Counted from the stretch's first letter, positions 52,398 to 64,000 are shown. The stretch is DNA of 64,000 nucleotides from Nitrospirota bacterium (GCA_963818475.1 CAWFSF010000006.1:1440001-1504000), one strand, 5' to 3'. The notes: generated by a model from the sequence alone, not told the origin. Translations and numbers: made by a program.

Positions 52398-52609
52398 TCT
52401 CTGCCCCCATTTTTTGCGGGTCCAGCGTGGACATATCGGCAATCAGCGCCTTGGCTGCGGTTGTCAGGTTCAGGCGAGCGGAGCTGCCGCTCGCTGAGTT
52501 GGCCTCTCAGTAGCTGTTTTATTCGGGTCGCGGTTGCGACTGTTATGGAAGCATGCGTCTTTTGAGCTTCTTCAACTCGTTTTGAGATCCAATCATCACT
52601 ATTAGACAT
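52394..52609 (-). CDS. Small hypothetical protein overlapping the ATPase start
   Basis: AGGTGA RBS and MSNSDDWISKR start. Stop overlaps the ATPase ATG. Confidence 0.6.
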   Translation of the reverse strand: MSNSDDWISKRVEEAQKTHASITVATATRIKQLLRGQLSERQLRSPEPDNRSQGADCRYVHAGPAKNGGRE

Positions 52610-52922
52610 TGGTTCACCTTGATTGCACGGAATTACTGATAATAAATTGTCTTGGGTACAGTACTGGTCAGACATCAGAAAGTAACTTATTGTTAATCCC
52701 ATCTACCCCTGTCCCTGTAGGGTCAGACCTACTTTGTTGCCATTCAACCTTGTTTCTGGAATCCACCAGGGTCAGATCCCTTGACATGGTAACTGCCACG
52801 GTCACGCTGGATATCGTCTACTTCTCGATAAAGTCAGTTAAAAATTAGTATGAACTTATGGATTTACCTTGTCAAACAGAATGTCTTTTGGGCTGTTGGT
52901 TTGCTACCCAGCATTTTTAACC

Positions 52923-53081
52923 TTACATCAACATGATCTCCGGGGAAAACGCGTATGGCGGGAGGATCATTTTCCACTGCAACTCACACACAGGCAGTCT
53001 CTGGGATTTCAGAATATCGACTGCAAGGACCACATTCACGGACGGCGGGACGTAATCCATGGACAACTGGTAGGTCGAGTA
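52923..53081 (-). repeat. 159-bp degenerate duplicate of the 3' end of the lipoprotein gene (53950-54108)
   Basis: Manual alignment gives 148/159 identity without gaps. Confidence 0.9.
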
Positions 53082-53172
53082 TCCCGAGTGGATGTTGCAC
53101 CCGTTGCGCTGCATCCCTGCATTCTTTCCACCGCTATTTTCAGGCTCGCCCCACGCTATTCATCTGGTGTCT

Positions 53173-53607
53173 TCACGGCGCAACGATGCGATCCGCCCCT
53201 TCCGGCCATACGCGCTTAAAGTCGTTCATATTGAAGGTCACAATGCGGTCAGCCCCGCACTTCTGAGCGGCCTTCGCGATAAGGGCGTCGTACACAGCGC
53301 CCCCGGAAAGCCCCATATCGCTCATATGTTTTATCGTTGCAAGATAATCGGAGGAGGAAAGCGGCACAATGGACACCCTCGGCTCAACACTTTCGTGGAT
53401 AAGCCGCCATGCGAGGCCCGGCGATATTCTTGGACTGACCGGCAGCGTCGAGAGCACGGCGTAGAGCTCCGCAATGCTGTGCGACGATATCACCAATTCG
53501 GTCGTACGGGACTTTCCTTTTGCAAACCAGGGCAGGGCGCGCAGATGCTCCGGGTGCGGCTCCACGAGCGCGGCCACGAGCACCGACGTATCGAGCAGCA
53601 CCTTCAT
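53173..53607 (-). CDS. vapC: PIN-domain toxin, VapC family
   Basis: VLLDTSVLV, AE, YDALI, IVTFN..DF. Confidence 0.9.
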   Translation of the reverse strand: MKVLLDTSVLVAALVEPHPEHLRALPWFAKGKSRTTELVISSHSIAELYAVLSTLPVSPRISPGLAWRLIHESVEPRVSIVPLSSSDYLATIKHMSDMGLSGGAVYDALIAKAAQKCGADRIVTFNMNDFKRVWPEGADRIVAP

Positions 53608-53867
53608 GATCTCTTCCCGGACACGACTTTGTGAAGCCGCTCGTCACGGTGCGCCCGGACAGCCCCCCTGAGGTCCCCGGTCGCTTTCCCGGAATAAACA
53701 AGGAGGCCCTCTTTCACCATGAGCGAGGGTTCGTGATCAACGAGCTTCAGCACGACCTCATTCTCTTTTTCGTCTATCTCGATCTCCACCCCCGGCCGCA
53801 GTCCCAGCCGATCCCTGATGTCCTTGGGTACCACCACTCTTCCAAAACGGTCCACCGTTGTTTTCAT
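53604..53867 (-). CDS. vapB: AbrB/MazE-type antitoxin
   Basis: VDRFGRVVVPKDIRDRLGLRPG. ATGA overlap with the toxin. Confidence 0.9.
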   Translation of the reverse strand: MKTTVDRFGRVVVPKDIRDRLGLRPGVEIEIDEKENEVVLKLVDHEPSLMVKEGLLVYSGKATGDLRGAVRAHRDERLHKVVSGKRS

Positions 53868-53877
53868 AGCAACCTCC

Positions 53878-53917
53878 TGATAATTGCCATTATATCACTC
53901 CAATTGGCAATTATCAA
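53878..53917 (-). promoter_or_regulatory. vapBC promoter with a perfect 12-bp inverted-repeat operator
   Basis: TTGATA-17 bp-TATAAT on the minus strand. TGATAATTGCCA/TGGCAATTATCA. Confidence 0.75.
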
Positions 53918-53949
53918 TAGCAATACCTGATCGCGGGTATCGACTGACA

Positions 53950-55544
53950 TCACAGCAACATGATCTCCGGGAAAAACGCGTACGGCGGGAGGATCATTTT
54001 CCACTGCAACTCACGCACAGGCAGTCTCTGGTGTTTCAGCACATCGACTGCAAGGACCACATTCACGGACGGCGGGACGTAATCCATGGACCACCGGTAG
54101 GTCGAGTAGACCAACGGCCCGCCCTCGATCCTGGCCATGGACAACAGCATATTGATCGATGTCACCTCGATTGAGACGTTTCCATTCGGCGTCACGCGGT
54201 AGATGCGGCCTGCGAAAAGTGAACCCCAGACGCCCTTGACGAAGGTCCAGGCCCCCTGGAGTGAAAGGCCTGATTTCGCGAACGTCTCCTTTTCATAGGC
54301 CACGGCGCTGACCAGCACGTCGCCGTTGGCCTCGATCATCAGTCCCAGGGGCATTGCGCCTTCAGGGAGGTCCACGGGACCATCGGCGACCAGGGTATTT
54401 TGCTTCAACTCCATCCTGACGAGCCCTGCCCGCGTCGTGATCGGGTTGGCCGGTTTGTCAGACCACATATCTGATAACGCGTTGACGCACCTGCTGTGTA
54501 TTGAGGCCCGTCAGGACCCAAAGCGCATCGACATTGCGCGGGTCCGCTGCGATCGCGATGCTGTACGACGCGGCGGCAGGCGGCCCTGTGGGGAAAGCCC
54601 CCGATACTGCGGGCGAGGACGGGACGGACAGATCGATCAACAGGACCCGGTTATTCGGCTCATCCAGGACCGCGGCTGCGCTCCCGCCAGCCAGAAGGAC
54701 CAGATTCCCGTAACCCGGAGCAGCGTCCTTGGACAAAACCGGCAGGTCCTGCTTGGCGACGAATTTCGGGTGTTCCTGATCGGACAAGTCGAATACCGCA
54801 AGCTCCCCCTTGGTGAGAAGAAAGCCGTGAGAGCCCCCTTTTGCAACTGCAAGAGAGATCGGCGGGTATCTGGTTTCGAATCCCGTTGAAGCCACTTCTT
54901 TGGAAACGTTTTTCGAACCAAGGTGAACGGTCTTCAGCTCGAACCGTGAGAGCCCTTCATGCTCCGCCTTGCCCCCGCTTGCCACAACGTAAAGAACGCC
55001 GCCCTCGGGAGAATGGGCAAAGGGACCCACCCCGGGACATGCAAGCGGATCGGGAGTCCTTATCGAAGACTGTCTTTTCCTCAGGCGATGTCCGCCAAAC
55101 AAGGAGCCTGTTGCCCTTTGGATCGCCCATAACAAGAAGGTTTGTTACCGGGAGGGTGATCTCATCAGCTCCCGAGGGGGTCTCCACCCTCACCGTGTAT
55201 GCATGACGGAACTTGACGTCGCGTGGCAGGCGAAAGAGCAGACCGCCTCCTTGAATGCCTGCCGCGACAGGGACCTCCCTGCTGTCGAGAAACAACTTTG
55301 CCTGGTCCGTGTTCAGCCCCGTGCCTACCATTGCAACCCATTCGCCGGCCACGAACATCCCGTCGCTCTCTGTCTGGTCAAGCTCCCCTTCGCGCGGGAC
55401 ATGCAGGCTCCCGAGGTCCACGAGCTTTTCGATCTTCGGCTTCTCCGCAGGCGGTCCACCGAGCGATACCCGAACGAGTTTTGCACCCTGGCTGCACGAC
55501 AAGAGCAGGACGGAAGAGACCGCGATAAGCGCCAGACGTTTCAT
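53950..55544 (-). CDS. Lipoprotein with Ig-like and beta-propeller-like regions (frameshifted)
   Basis: Lipobox LLSC. Three overlapping ORFs: 54957-55544, 54458-55135 and 53950-54468. Confidence 0.6.
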
Positions 55545-55601
55545 TGCTTTTCTCCTTTTAACATTATGCGTATGGTCACAGAGCGATTCTCCGCCTTTTC
55601 C

Positions 55602-57061
55602 TCACCCCTGGCAAAGCGGCATGTCCGCAATACCCGTTTCGACACATTGACGCTGCCAGTCTTCCTTCTTCATCGATCCGTCAGCAAGCTGTCGGACGAC
55701 CGCAAAGGGCTGCACCGAAGCTTTACCTCCCGGGCGCTCCAACAACACTTCTTCCCCCGGCATTACGTGCATGGACCAGCTCAGCTTGTGCAGGGTCACT
55801 GCCAGCGCAGCGCCGAGCAGACCAGCGGCCGCCCATTTGCGTTCGTCCCCGCTCGTTAGTGGTTCGCCTCGCTGAACGAGGGCAAATCGGCTGCCGCCTC
55901 GGCAAGCGCTCCTGCTGTCATGGTTTGCATGACGGCAGCGTGTTTCTTTACCTGATTTTCCCAGAGCGGAAGGTAAATATCGCTCCCCACCTCGCCCCAG
56001 TGGATCGGCTTCAGGTCAGCCGCGTTTCCCTCACCAGCCAGGTGCGACAGCATCTCGGCTTCGAGCTCCGGGACATCGCGCATCAGCTCCATGGCCGGCG
56101 GGTCGCCCTTCGGCTGCGGAGGACGTGCGGGCAGGGAGTTGAGTGCCTCAATGCGGTCCACGAGGCTCGGATGTGTTTGGTAGGGGTCCGCTTCCCGCCC
56201 TTTCAGCTCCTCATCCAGAGAGGCCGAGAAAGCCGCTGCAATCATCGGGGCTGCCACAAAACGATGAAACCCTTCGGCCAAAGGCGGCTTGCGCCCGGCG
56301 TTCAGCACCGGAGCGACCTCATTGTACCAGTATCGCTGAAATGAAGCCGAATGGCCGTACACGGCCTTCAGCCCCCCAATTGCTGCATCGCGCCCGTAGA
56401 TTCTTGCTGACAGGCGGTCGGCATTGTACTCCTGCCGGCGGGATATGGCGTGTGTGATGCGAAGGAACAGGTTCCCATACCACATGAACGGCTTTTGGAG
56501 CCATGCGCCGTCCCCGAGGTTCTCCAGCGTTCGGCCGATGGCCTGCCGGGTCTTATAGATCCACGGTCCGAGGCTCGTGTCGCCGCCGTCGTAGTGGCCG
56601 AACTCATGGGCAAGGATCGCCTTGAACTGCGAGGTCGTCGTGACCTGCAGAAGCGGCAGGCCGAGCCCCATGATCCTGCTGCTGCCGATGCCCATGAGGC
56701 CGCCGCGCTGCGCCACCCAGGCGTTCATCTCCGGAACGATATAGACCGACGCTGGAGGGGCTTGTTTGGTGCGCTCGGCGATTTCGCGGATCGCCTTGAA
56801 CATCTCGGGATGGCGGTCCGGCGTCAGCTCCGGTCCCGGCGGGACGAACCGGTCGACCCGGGGGATAATGGACCAAAGAATGATGACAGCTGCCGCAATG
56901 CAGCCGAACGCCAGTCTGAAATGCAAACGGTGGGCATAGTTCCATTCCGCGTAGGGAATGTATGCAAGCGCGGCCGCGAGCGCGAGCGCTAGAACGTAGA
57001 ATCCGACCAATAGAGCGACGGCGATTAATGCGCGAACTGCGAGAGATTGTGACTTGTCCAT
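55602..57061 (-). CDS. M48-family Zn metallopeptidase (HtpX-like; frameshift near 55860)
   Basis: Two TM helices, NAWV, AHEFGH, SRRQEYNAD, THP....RI. Confidence 0.88.
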
Positions 57062-57122
57062 GACATTCTCCCTTCTTAGATCCCAGCGATAGTTCAAAGT
57101 TCAATAACGGCGGTACAATATT

Positions 57123-57266
57123 AATGGTTTCGTAAAAAGTCCCTTTAGCCGTCATTGCGAGGAGCGAAGCGAAGCGGCAATCTCTATTTTACAGGTACTT
57201 ATGAACTTACGAGATTGCTTCGCTACGCTCGCAAAGACGGCTTTGAGCACTTTTTACGACTGCATC
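57123..57266. mobile_element. MITE-like element containing a REP-like palindrome
   Basis: Ends TCGTAAAAAGT/ACTTTTTACGA. Internal CCGTCATTGCGAG..GCAATCTC / GAGATTGC..CTCGCAAAGACGG. Confidence 0.65.
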
Positions 57267-57336
57267 AATAGTATAAAGTACAATAGCTGTTCTGAACTCA
57301 GTGTTCAGGGCGAGGGGTCGGAGTCAGACGCCAGCA

Positions 57337-58110
57337 TCAGTAGGCTGTCACCTTTTCGGACAAAGCTTCGTTCATCTCTTTGCCGGCTTTACGATATCCC
57401 TCAGCCAGTTCATTGTTTTTTTCCTTCGGCATTTTATCCTCGCGGGTCTTGATCTCCTGTTTGAGCAAGGAGAACATCACTTCCTCTCCTTCCCGGGTCA
57501 GGAGCGGCGAGATGGCGATGGTGTCGCTTATCCGCACCACGACCGGGACGACGAACGGTTCCGAATTAAAGTCTTCCTGGTACGGCAGGCTGATGCGCCG
57601 GTTTCCGAGGATCGTGAGCCCCCCGGCCGCTGACCGGTTTATTTCGGACAGCGAAATGACGTCGCGCACACTCATCGTGGTATCCGCGGCTTTGAGGAAC
57701 CAGATATGGCTGTCCGAGTCGCCATCGCCATCCGCAGATGAGCTGTACAGAACGATGCCAAGCTCATTCCCGCGGAGCGGCACGAACGATGCGTCGTTGA
57801 TATTGACGTACTCGAATTGATACTTTTGTATCGGGAGGTGATAGTTCTTGACCAGGGTCGAGCCGTCCTTGATCACGGTGATGAGATACTCCGACGGCCC
57901 CTCCGTTTCCCTGCTTTTGACCACCAGTTTATATCCGCCTTCTTTTTTTTCAAAGGCCACTTCTTCGGCAGGAGCCTTCGATGCCAGCCATGTATCCCTT
58001 TTAAAGAGCGGCGGAACGAACGTCGTGATCAGCCCGTACGCTATCAGCGCAAGAGTAAGCGCGCCCCAGCTGAAGACGACCACCTTGACTACTTTCCAGA
58101 ATTTCGGCAT
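57337..58110 (-). CDS. Membrane-anchored hypothetical protein
   Basis: GAGGAGGGG RBS and an N-terminal TM helix. Confidence 0.7.
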   Translation of the reverse strand: MPKFWKVVKVVVFSWGALTLALIAYGLITTFVPPLFKRDTWLASKAPAEEVAFEKKEGGYKLVVKSRETEGPSEYLITVIKDGSTLVKNYHLPIQKYQFEYVNINDASFVPLRGNELGIVLYSSSADGDGDSDSHIWFLKAADTTMSVRDVISLSEINRSAAGGLTILGNRRISLPYQEDFNSEPFVVPVVVRISDTIAISPLLTREGEEVMFSLLKQEIKTREDKMPKEKNNELAEGYRKAGKEMNEALSEKVTAY

Positions 58111-58183
58111 ATCCCCCTCCTCACAGAATATATCTTCATCGCAAAGGCGCAAAGAGCGCGCCCCTGCGGATAATCCTCTATTT

Positions 58184-61100
58184 TTACTTCTCTTTCTTTT
58201 CCTTCTTTATTTCCTTCGCTTCCTCCACCACCATCGTCCCCGGCAACGTCCTTGCCCGGACCGTCCGGTCATACATGGACTCGGCAAACGCCGGCGGGAT
58301 CACGTACTTGCCTTTGTTCGTCGCTTTGATCCGGTATACGAATTCCTGGGCAGAGTCGCCGACGCTGCCGAAGAGCACCACCCGGTCTTCCCGGATGTCC
58401 ACGAAGTCCGGCTGCCAGGTGGACGCGTCCGTTCCGATGGGAGAATCCCATTGTTTCCGGGTTTCCTGCTCCCCGGACCGTTCTTCTCCGCCTTCGCCCT
58501 CACTGTCGCCTTCTTCTTCGCTTCTCTGCTCCTGAACCTGTGCGGGCTCTGATGCAGGACGTGATTTTTCGATCACCACGTCGAACCCACCGGGCAGCAG
58601 GTCCACGATCGCCACGTTGCTGTGGTATCCGGACTTGACAGACCGCATCTTAAAGTGGACCTCTATCTCCGAGCCAAGGGCTGTTGACGTGATCACGTTC
58701 CCTTTGAGGTCCCGGTACTCGCGCTGGACCTCGATGCCTTCCTTGATCTCCTTTTGGGGGAGGGATTTGTCGAAGCCCGCCATCGTAACCTGATAGAACG
58801 TGGGAAAACCGCTCTTGCTCTCGATCCGCACCTTCTTAGCTTCACCTGAGAAAGCTGCCTTGGGGAAGAGTCCCTTCGGCAAGACAAGGTCCTTCATCCC
58901 CTTTTCAAGGATCTCCCTGATCTTGATCTCGGCAACGGCCTTCTCGCCTACTGCTTCAGCATAGGAGTCCATGGCAAGGATCGCATAAGCTGACGTTATG
59001 GTATTGAAACTGCCGCTCGATATGCCGTTCACGATGCACTCCATGCACAGCATGTCCCCTTCGGAGAACTTCTTGAACCGCTCGGGGAAGTGTTTTCCAA
59101 GAATATAAAGATGCTGAGAGTCATGGGCCAGGCTGTCGTAGAAATTGTCATAATCCGGGTCAACAGGTTGACCCATCTTCATTCCCGAGATGAGGTCATC
59201 AGCCTTTGAATCGAGTTTGAGCAGTTTATAGGTCGCAGCGAGATAAGACGCTGTAAGGTCCTTCTTCCACTTTTTCGTTTCCTTGGCCTTATCAAGCTGC
59301 TCGCGCATGGCATTCACATAGTCCGTGGTAACGACGCCGTTCCTGGTCAGGAGGTAGACCGCGTATGCGCCGGCGCGCGCCTTGGCAAGGGAATCGCTCC
59401 CAGTCATGCCCTTTTTGCCGATAGCGGCAAGATAGGCGAGACCGCGATCCATGAGCTCCTGCGGTACAACAAAACCACGTTCTTTCGCCTCGGTCAGGAA
59501 ATGCATGGCATAGATGCTTGCGTACTCCGAGACATGAGAGTTTGCTGCCCAGAACCCGAAAGCGCCATCCGCATTCTGGCGTGAACGCAGCACGCTGATC
59601 GTCTTCTCCAGGTTCTCCGCTGCCTTCTTGTGCGTGTACCCGAACTCCGGCCGGCTTTTGAGCACAATTGCCGGAAAGGCCATGCTCACGAGCTGCTCCG
59701 TGCAGAGATAGGGGAATTTATCCAGATATGCCACCAGGCCATGGGCCAAGCTGAGCGGTACGGGTGAGGCAGTGGCGTCCAGGGTCCTGAACTCGGGATG
59801 CATCCTCCGTTTCACCTCTACGTCCACTTTCCCGGATTTGAAAGATCCGCTCTTTACATCCGTCATGTACGGGATAGGAGGCCTCACGCTTGTCTCGATG
59901 GAATAAGCGGTCTTCTTACCTCCGACCGAAGCGGTAAAGGTGAAACGCGCCGACCCCAGGACCTCTTTCGCTTTGACCTTGAAGGATGCGCTCTCTTCCC
60001 TGCCTTCGACAATCTTGAGGATACGCTGCCCCTTGTCCAGTATCTCCAGATGCTCCGATGTAGAACAATCGAGATTTACTGCCGCGTCCTTGCCGGATCC
60101 CACTACATTATTGGCAACACTAACGGTAACAATGAACTCGTCACCCGGCGCTACAAAGGTCGGCACATTCGGACTCAGCACAAAATGGCCGCGCACAGCA
60201 GACCTTTTCTGGTTTGCGCCGATAGCGTCAGGAGCGACTGCCACTGCCATGACCCGGATCGTGCCGTTGAAGTAATCAGGCACGCGGTAGACCAGCTCCC
60301 GCATGGTAGGATCGATATTCACGATGCCTGACCAGTAGACCACGGGCTTGTCGCGCTTGCGTTTGAAGGGATTCAGGTTCTGGCCGAGCGCCTTGCCCTC
60401 TTCGTCCCCTCCCGCAGCCGAAAGCATCCGTACGATGGAGTTCTCGGGCATGATCAGGTCCAGGATCTGGGCTGTCTTCACCTCCAGCGCGCGCTTGCGG
60501 AAGAAATGCTCAAGCGGGTCAGGCGTCGTGTACCGGGCCACCTGGAGGATGCCCTCATCCACGGCATAGACAACGGCCTTGCCCGCCTTGTTCCCCTTGT
60601 AGCGTATTTTGAAGAGTTCCCCCGGCCGTGCGAGCTCGGGCGTATCGATGTCGATCCTGATAGTCCTTTTCCCGCGGCTCACCGAGAACGGCATCACGCC
60701 GTAGCTCAAGGGACTCATGAAAATTTCCTTTGAGTCGATGCCACGGACAAAAGAGACGTTCACGTACCCGTTCCCTTCGAAGGTGGAGGGAACGCGAATT
60801 TTCTGGACAGAGTTCGTTGCAGTCGTTTTAAACCACCTTGTCGCGTATACCTTGTCCCGCTCGATGGTGATGAGCCCGGCCCCGGTGTAGGGGGCGCGGA
60901 TCTGGAGCTCGATCTCCTCGCCGGGCGCGTAGTCGGACTTGTTCAGCTTGATCAACAGCTCGGCGTTCTTCTCCAGGCTCCGGGTGAGGTTCCCCATGCC
61001 GGCAACGCTGAAGGCAATGCGGCTGAGTTCTGCCTTCTTGTCATCCTGCACGATCAGGAGAAAATCTCCCGGGTTTGTTGTCGGCAGACGAAACTTCGTG

Positions 61101-64000
61101 CCTTGTTCGGAGAGCGACAGGTCTGTTGTACTGACAGGGATTTCCCTCTTGACCGATTGATACTTGTAAACGCCGCTGGACTGTTTGGTCAGCACCGAGA
61201 CATAGCGCTCCTCGATGATCTGAGCCTTAAGACCCGTGATCCCGATCTTCCTGAGCGACGGGTCGATCGCTATCAGATCCACGGTCCTGCTGCTGCCCTT
61301 GTGGATGTACGCAAGGTCTCCGTCGGGTTTGTAGCCCACGAGATAAGCGAGCGGCGACACAAGGACCGCGCTCGTTGAGCCGACGCTTCTGCCCCCTTCA
61401 AGCTCGTAGCCTTCCGCCGCGAAGGTGAGCCGATAGGTGGCCTTGTCAAAACGTCCCAGGCTGAGATCAATTTCCGCATCACCTTTTTCGTTCGTGATTG
61501 CGTCGGGAAGCTGCTCAACAAAGCTCTTTTCCGCTTTCGCCGGATCGAAGAAGGTGTAGTCTTCGTATTGTTTGAAGACGGTGATGCAGGCACGAGCGTC
61601 ACCTCGGCTGCAATGCGGTGATTGACCGCCGGTGTACCGTAAAGATTCTTGAGATTAACCATGCCTTTGAGGCCCGCAGGCGAGACCCAGCCTTCCCTTC
61701 GCTCCTGGGAAAGCTTGGTCGATATTTTCAAGCGGTCCGGCAGGAACTCCTCAACGCGCACCGATGCCGATCCCAGAAGCGCGCCCCGTTTATTGTCTTT
61801 CACGATGTAGAGGTTCGTCGTGTACTTGCCCGTGGGCGACGTGTCCTCGGTCTGGTATTTGACTTCCTCGAATCCCGAGGCCGTAAGGCTTATTTTCTGC
61901 CTTTTTACCTCCAGACCCCGGGAGTCCATGATCGACGCTTCGAGTGGGATGCCGGCGAGCGGCCGCCTCCAGTTCGCGGCCTTGACAATGATGCCGACAT
62001 GGAATTCATCTCCAGGCCGGTAGATGCCCCGGTCCGAGAAAAGGTACGCATCAAGCCGGTCTGCAGCTCCCTCGGTCACCACGCCGCCGATATCGAAACG
62101 TGAGAAGTTGAGGTTTCGTTCGCTCCGCTCATAGGGCAAAAAAGAAATATCGCTCCCCTTCCGAACGAGGTAGACTGCTGGTGCCTTTTCATGTTCGAAA
62201 TCAGCCAGCTTCGGGAACTGCGCCCGGCCTTCCGCATCGGTATACGCTCCAAACACGGACACGCCATTTTTCCCCAGAACATCAACCCGGGCCCCGGACA
62301 CGGGGTGCCCGGTCTGAATCGACTGGACAAAGACGTCATGGGTCTGGTCGGCGTTGTCTTTCACCAGGACGCCCAGATCCGTGATCAGGATCAGACGTTG
62401 CTCACGTTTCCCGGTGGTTTTTTTGTTCTTCGGGTCCCAGCTTTCCACCCTCAGGAAGAACATCCCCCGGTTCGTCTCTTTGTCGATCTTGAGATACCGG
62501 GAAAAATCGAAAGTAGTATATTGAGCCTTGCCCTGTTCCCTCTGACCCAAAACGCGGATTTCAGTAAAACGCTCGGAGATGTTTTCCTCGTTAAACTCGT
62601 AGTTCAGGAATTCAGGATTTTTTATATCTCCACGGGTCTGGGTTACGAGGTGATTGATGTCCTCAGGGACCACACGGCCGATCTGAAACCGGACGGCCTC
62701 GATGTCCCGGGCAAACACGGACAGTCGCTTTTCGCCGCGAAGGCTTAGGATCGACCCACTGGCCATGATGCCCAGTTCCTGCGGGAAGTCGGGCACACGC
62801 TGGATCGTATCAAACTCCTTTGCCAGCAGGTATCCACCGAAGGATTTGATGTCCTTGTTCAGTTTAATGAAGAGGTATCGACCCGGCGGTATTGAGTATT
62901 TAAAACTGTGAAGCTCTGCATACTCCCGATCCCGGGGCAAGGGCTTCAGCTTGACCGGTGTTGAGAGCTCCAGGACCTCCGGTCCGATCTTGGAAGGATC
63001 TGACCATTCAGACCACTGATAGTCCTTCTTGCCCTCCTGCTTCTGGATCGGTGGAAGGTCCTTCGGCAGGAGAAAGACGGACAGGTTTTTCACCATCTCC
63101 GCTTCCGACACTCCCGCTGTAGTAGCCACCACCAATACCTGTTCAGGCTCGTACCGTTCGTTCCGCACAAGGGACAACTCGACTGAATCGATCCGGAGCA
63201 AGGTGTATTTGCCTGGTATCGTTACCTTTCTCTCAATGGCATCGGCAGTACTCGGTCCGCCGCGATCGGCGCGCACGCCTGAGTCGATGAGAACTGACAT
63301 CGTGGCGTCCTTATCAGGGATATCCAGAGGCTTGGACTGGATGTATGCCTCGCCCTTGTACTTGTCATAGGACACGGTGAAGGGATAGCCTTTTCCGCCG
63401 ATGCCGAGGATCCCTGTCTTCTGGTCGGCCCGCTCCAGCTTGATCCGCTTCTCGAAATCAGCGGAGTCCACGGGATGGGTGAACTTGATCGTAGCGATGA
63501 CCCTCTTTATTTTCGGGTCCTCGGGGTCCTGGTAGAACTCGGCATTCGTCAGCTCTGCCCCGAAGCGGGGCGTTTTAAAAGAGTAGGAATACGTGGAAAG
63601 CTTGACATGGTCCGGGAAAAGCGACTTGTCCATGTGTACGGTGTATCCAATGCCGGGCTGCCAGTCCGTTTTCGGTTTGAAGAGAAGTGCATTGTCCTTG
63701 ACCCAGGTCCACTCACCGTCAATGGCGGGAGATATCGAAACGCCTTGCGTAATGGTCTTGCCGATCAGGTCGAGACGGGCCGAGGAACCGCTGAACAGAA
63801 CGCGGATCGGATCGGGTCTTAAGACGTCCTCAAGCTTGGTCAGTTCCGGCACGGTGCCGGAGACCTCGATCAACCCCCTGCGATGCGCGGCATACACCAT
63901 GACCAAAGCGAAGACGACGAAAATGACAGCGAGAATACCGCCGAGCCGCTTGAAGTTGATGCCGCGCGGCTTGTCTTCGGCAGGCTTGGCCTTGCTATCC
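58184..64000 (-). CDS. Bacterial alpha-2-macroglobulin (5' end outside window; frameshift near 61580)
   Basis: TDLGV, FSDRGIYRPG, VEEFLPDR, AVDEGIL, thioester motif PYLCTEQ, Q..DG.FG.W, VDLLPGGF, REDRV, AESMY. Confidence 0.95.

Noticed and set aside
52923-54108. 159-bp repeat pair as the TR/VR of a diversity-generating retroelement
   Set aside because: The 11 mismatches are not confined to adenines of one strand, and there is no reverse transcriptase in the window.
43325-58152. Integron cassette array
   Set aside because: The genes are co-oriented, but I found no intI and no complete RYYYAAC...GTTRRRY attC. Only a half-site-like stretch at about 47100-47170 is visible.

Overview
GC-rich bacterial chromosomal segment. 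Gene content and repeat style suggest a Gram-negative anaerobe or microaerophile such as Nitrospirota or a deltaproteobacteria-like lineage (inference only). Many conserved genes are split by single-base frameshifts, most likely long-read consensus errors, so split ORFs are reported as single genes. Positions 1-41 kb are mostly housekeeping or envelope genes: recG, rpmB, truA, livMGF, SulP, smc, a transglycosylase, a heptosyltransferase, capA, a FadL-like porin, hflX, pmbA, queD, lnt and recO. This part also holds an IS481-like element, several MITE/palindromic repeats and a heptaheme cytochrome c/cytochrome b pair. From 41 to 64 kb the usually adjacent alpha-2-macroglobulin and pbpC genes are separated by about 15 kb of co-oriented accessory genes. 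Four uncharacterised candidate systems stand out: (1) a secreted beta-propeller with His or Cys at the same position of all six blades plus CxxCH, encoded with NosL and a MacB/LolCDE-type ABC transporter; (2) a low-GC operon of a small ORF, an RloC/Rad50-like zinc-hook ATPase and a SIR2 protein; (3) a ubiquitin-like GG-tailed protein paired with a DUF4132-type protein, with no E1, E2 or JAB gene in the window; (4) three divergent Hfq domains in two adjacent genes.
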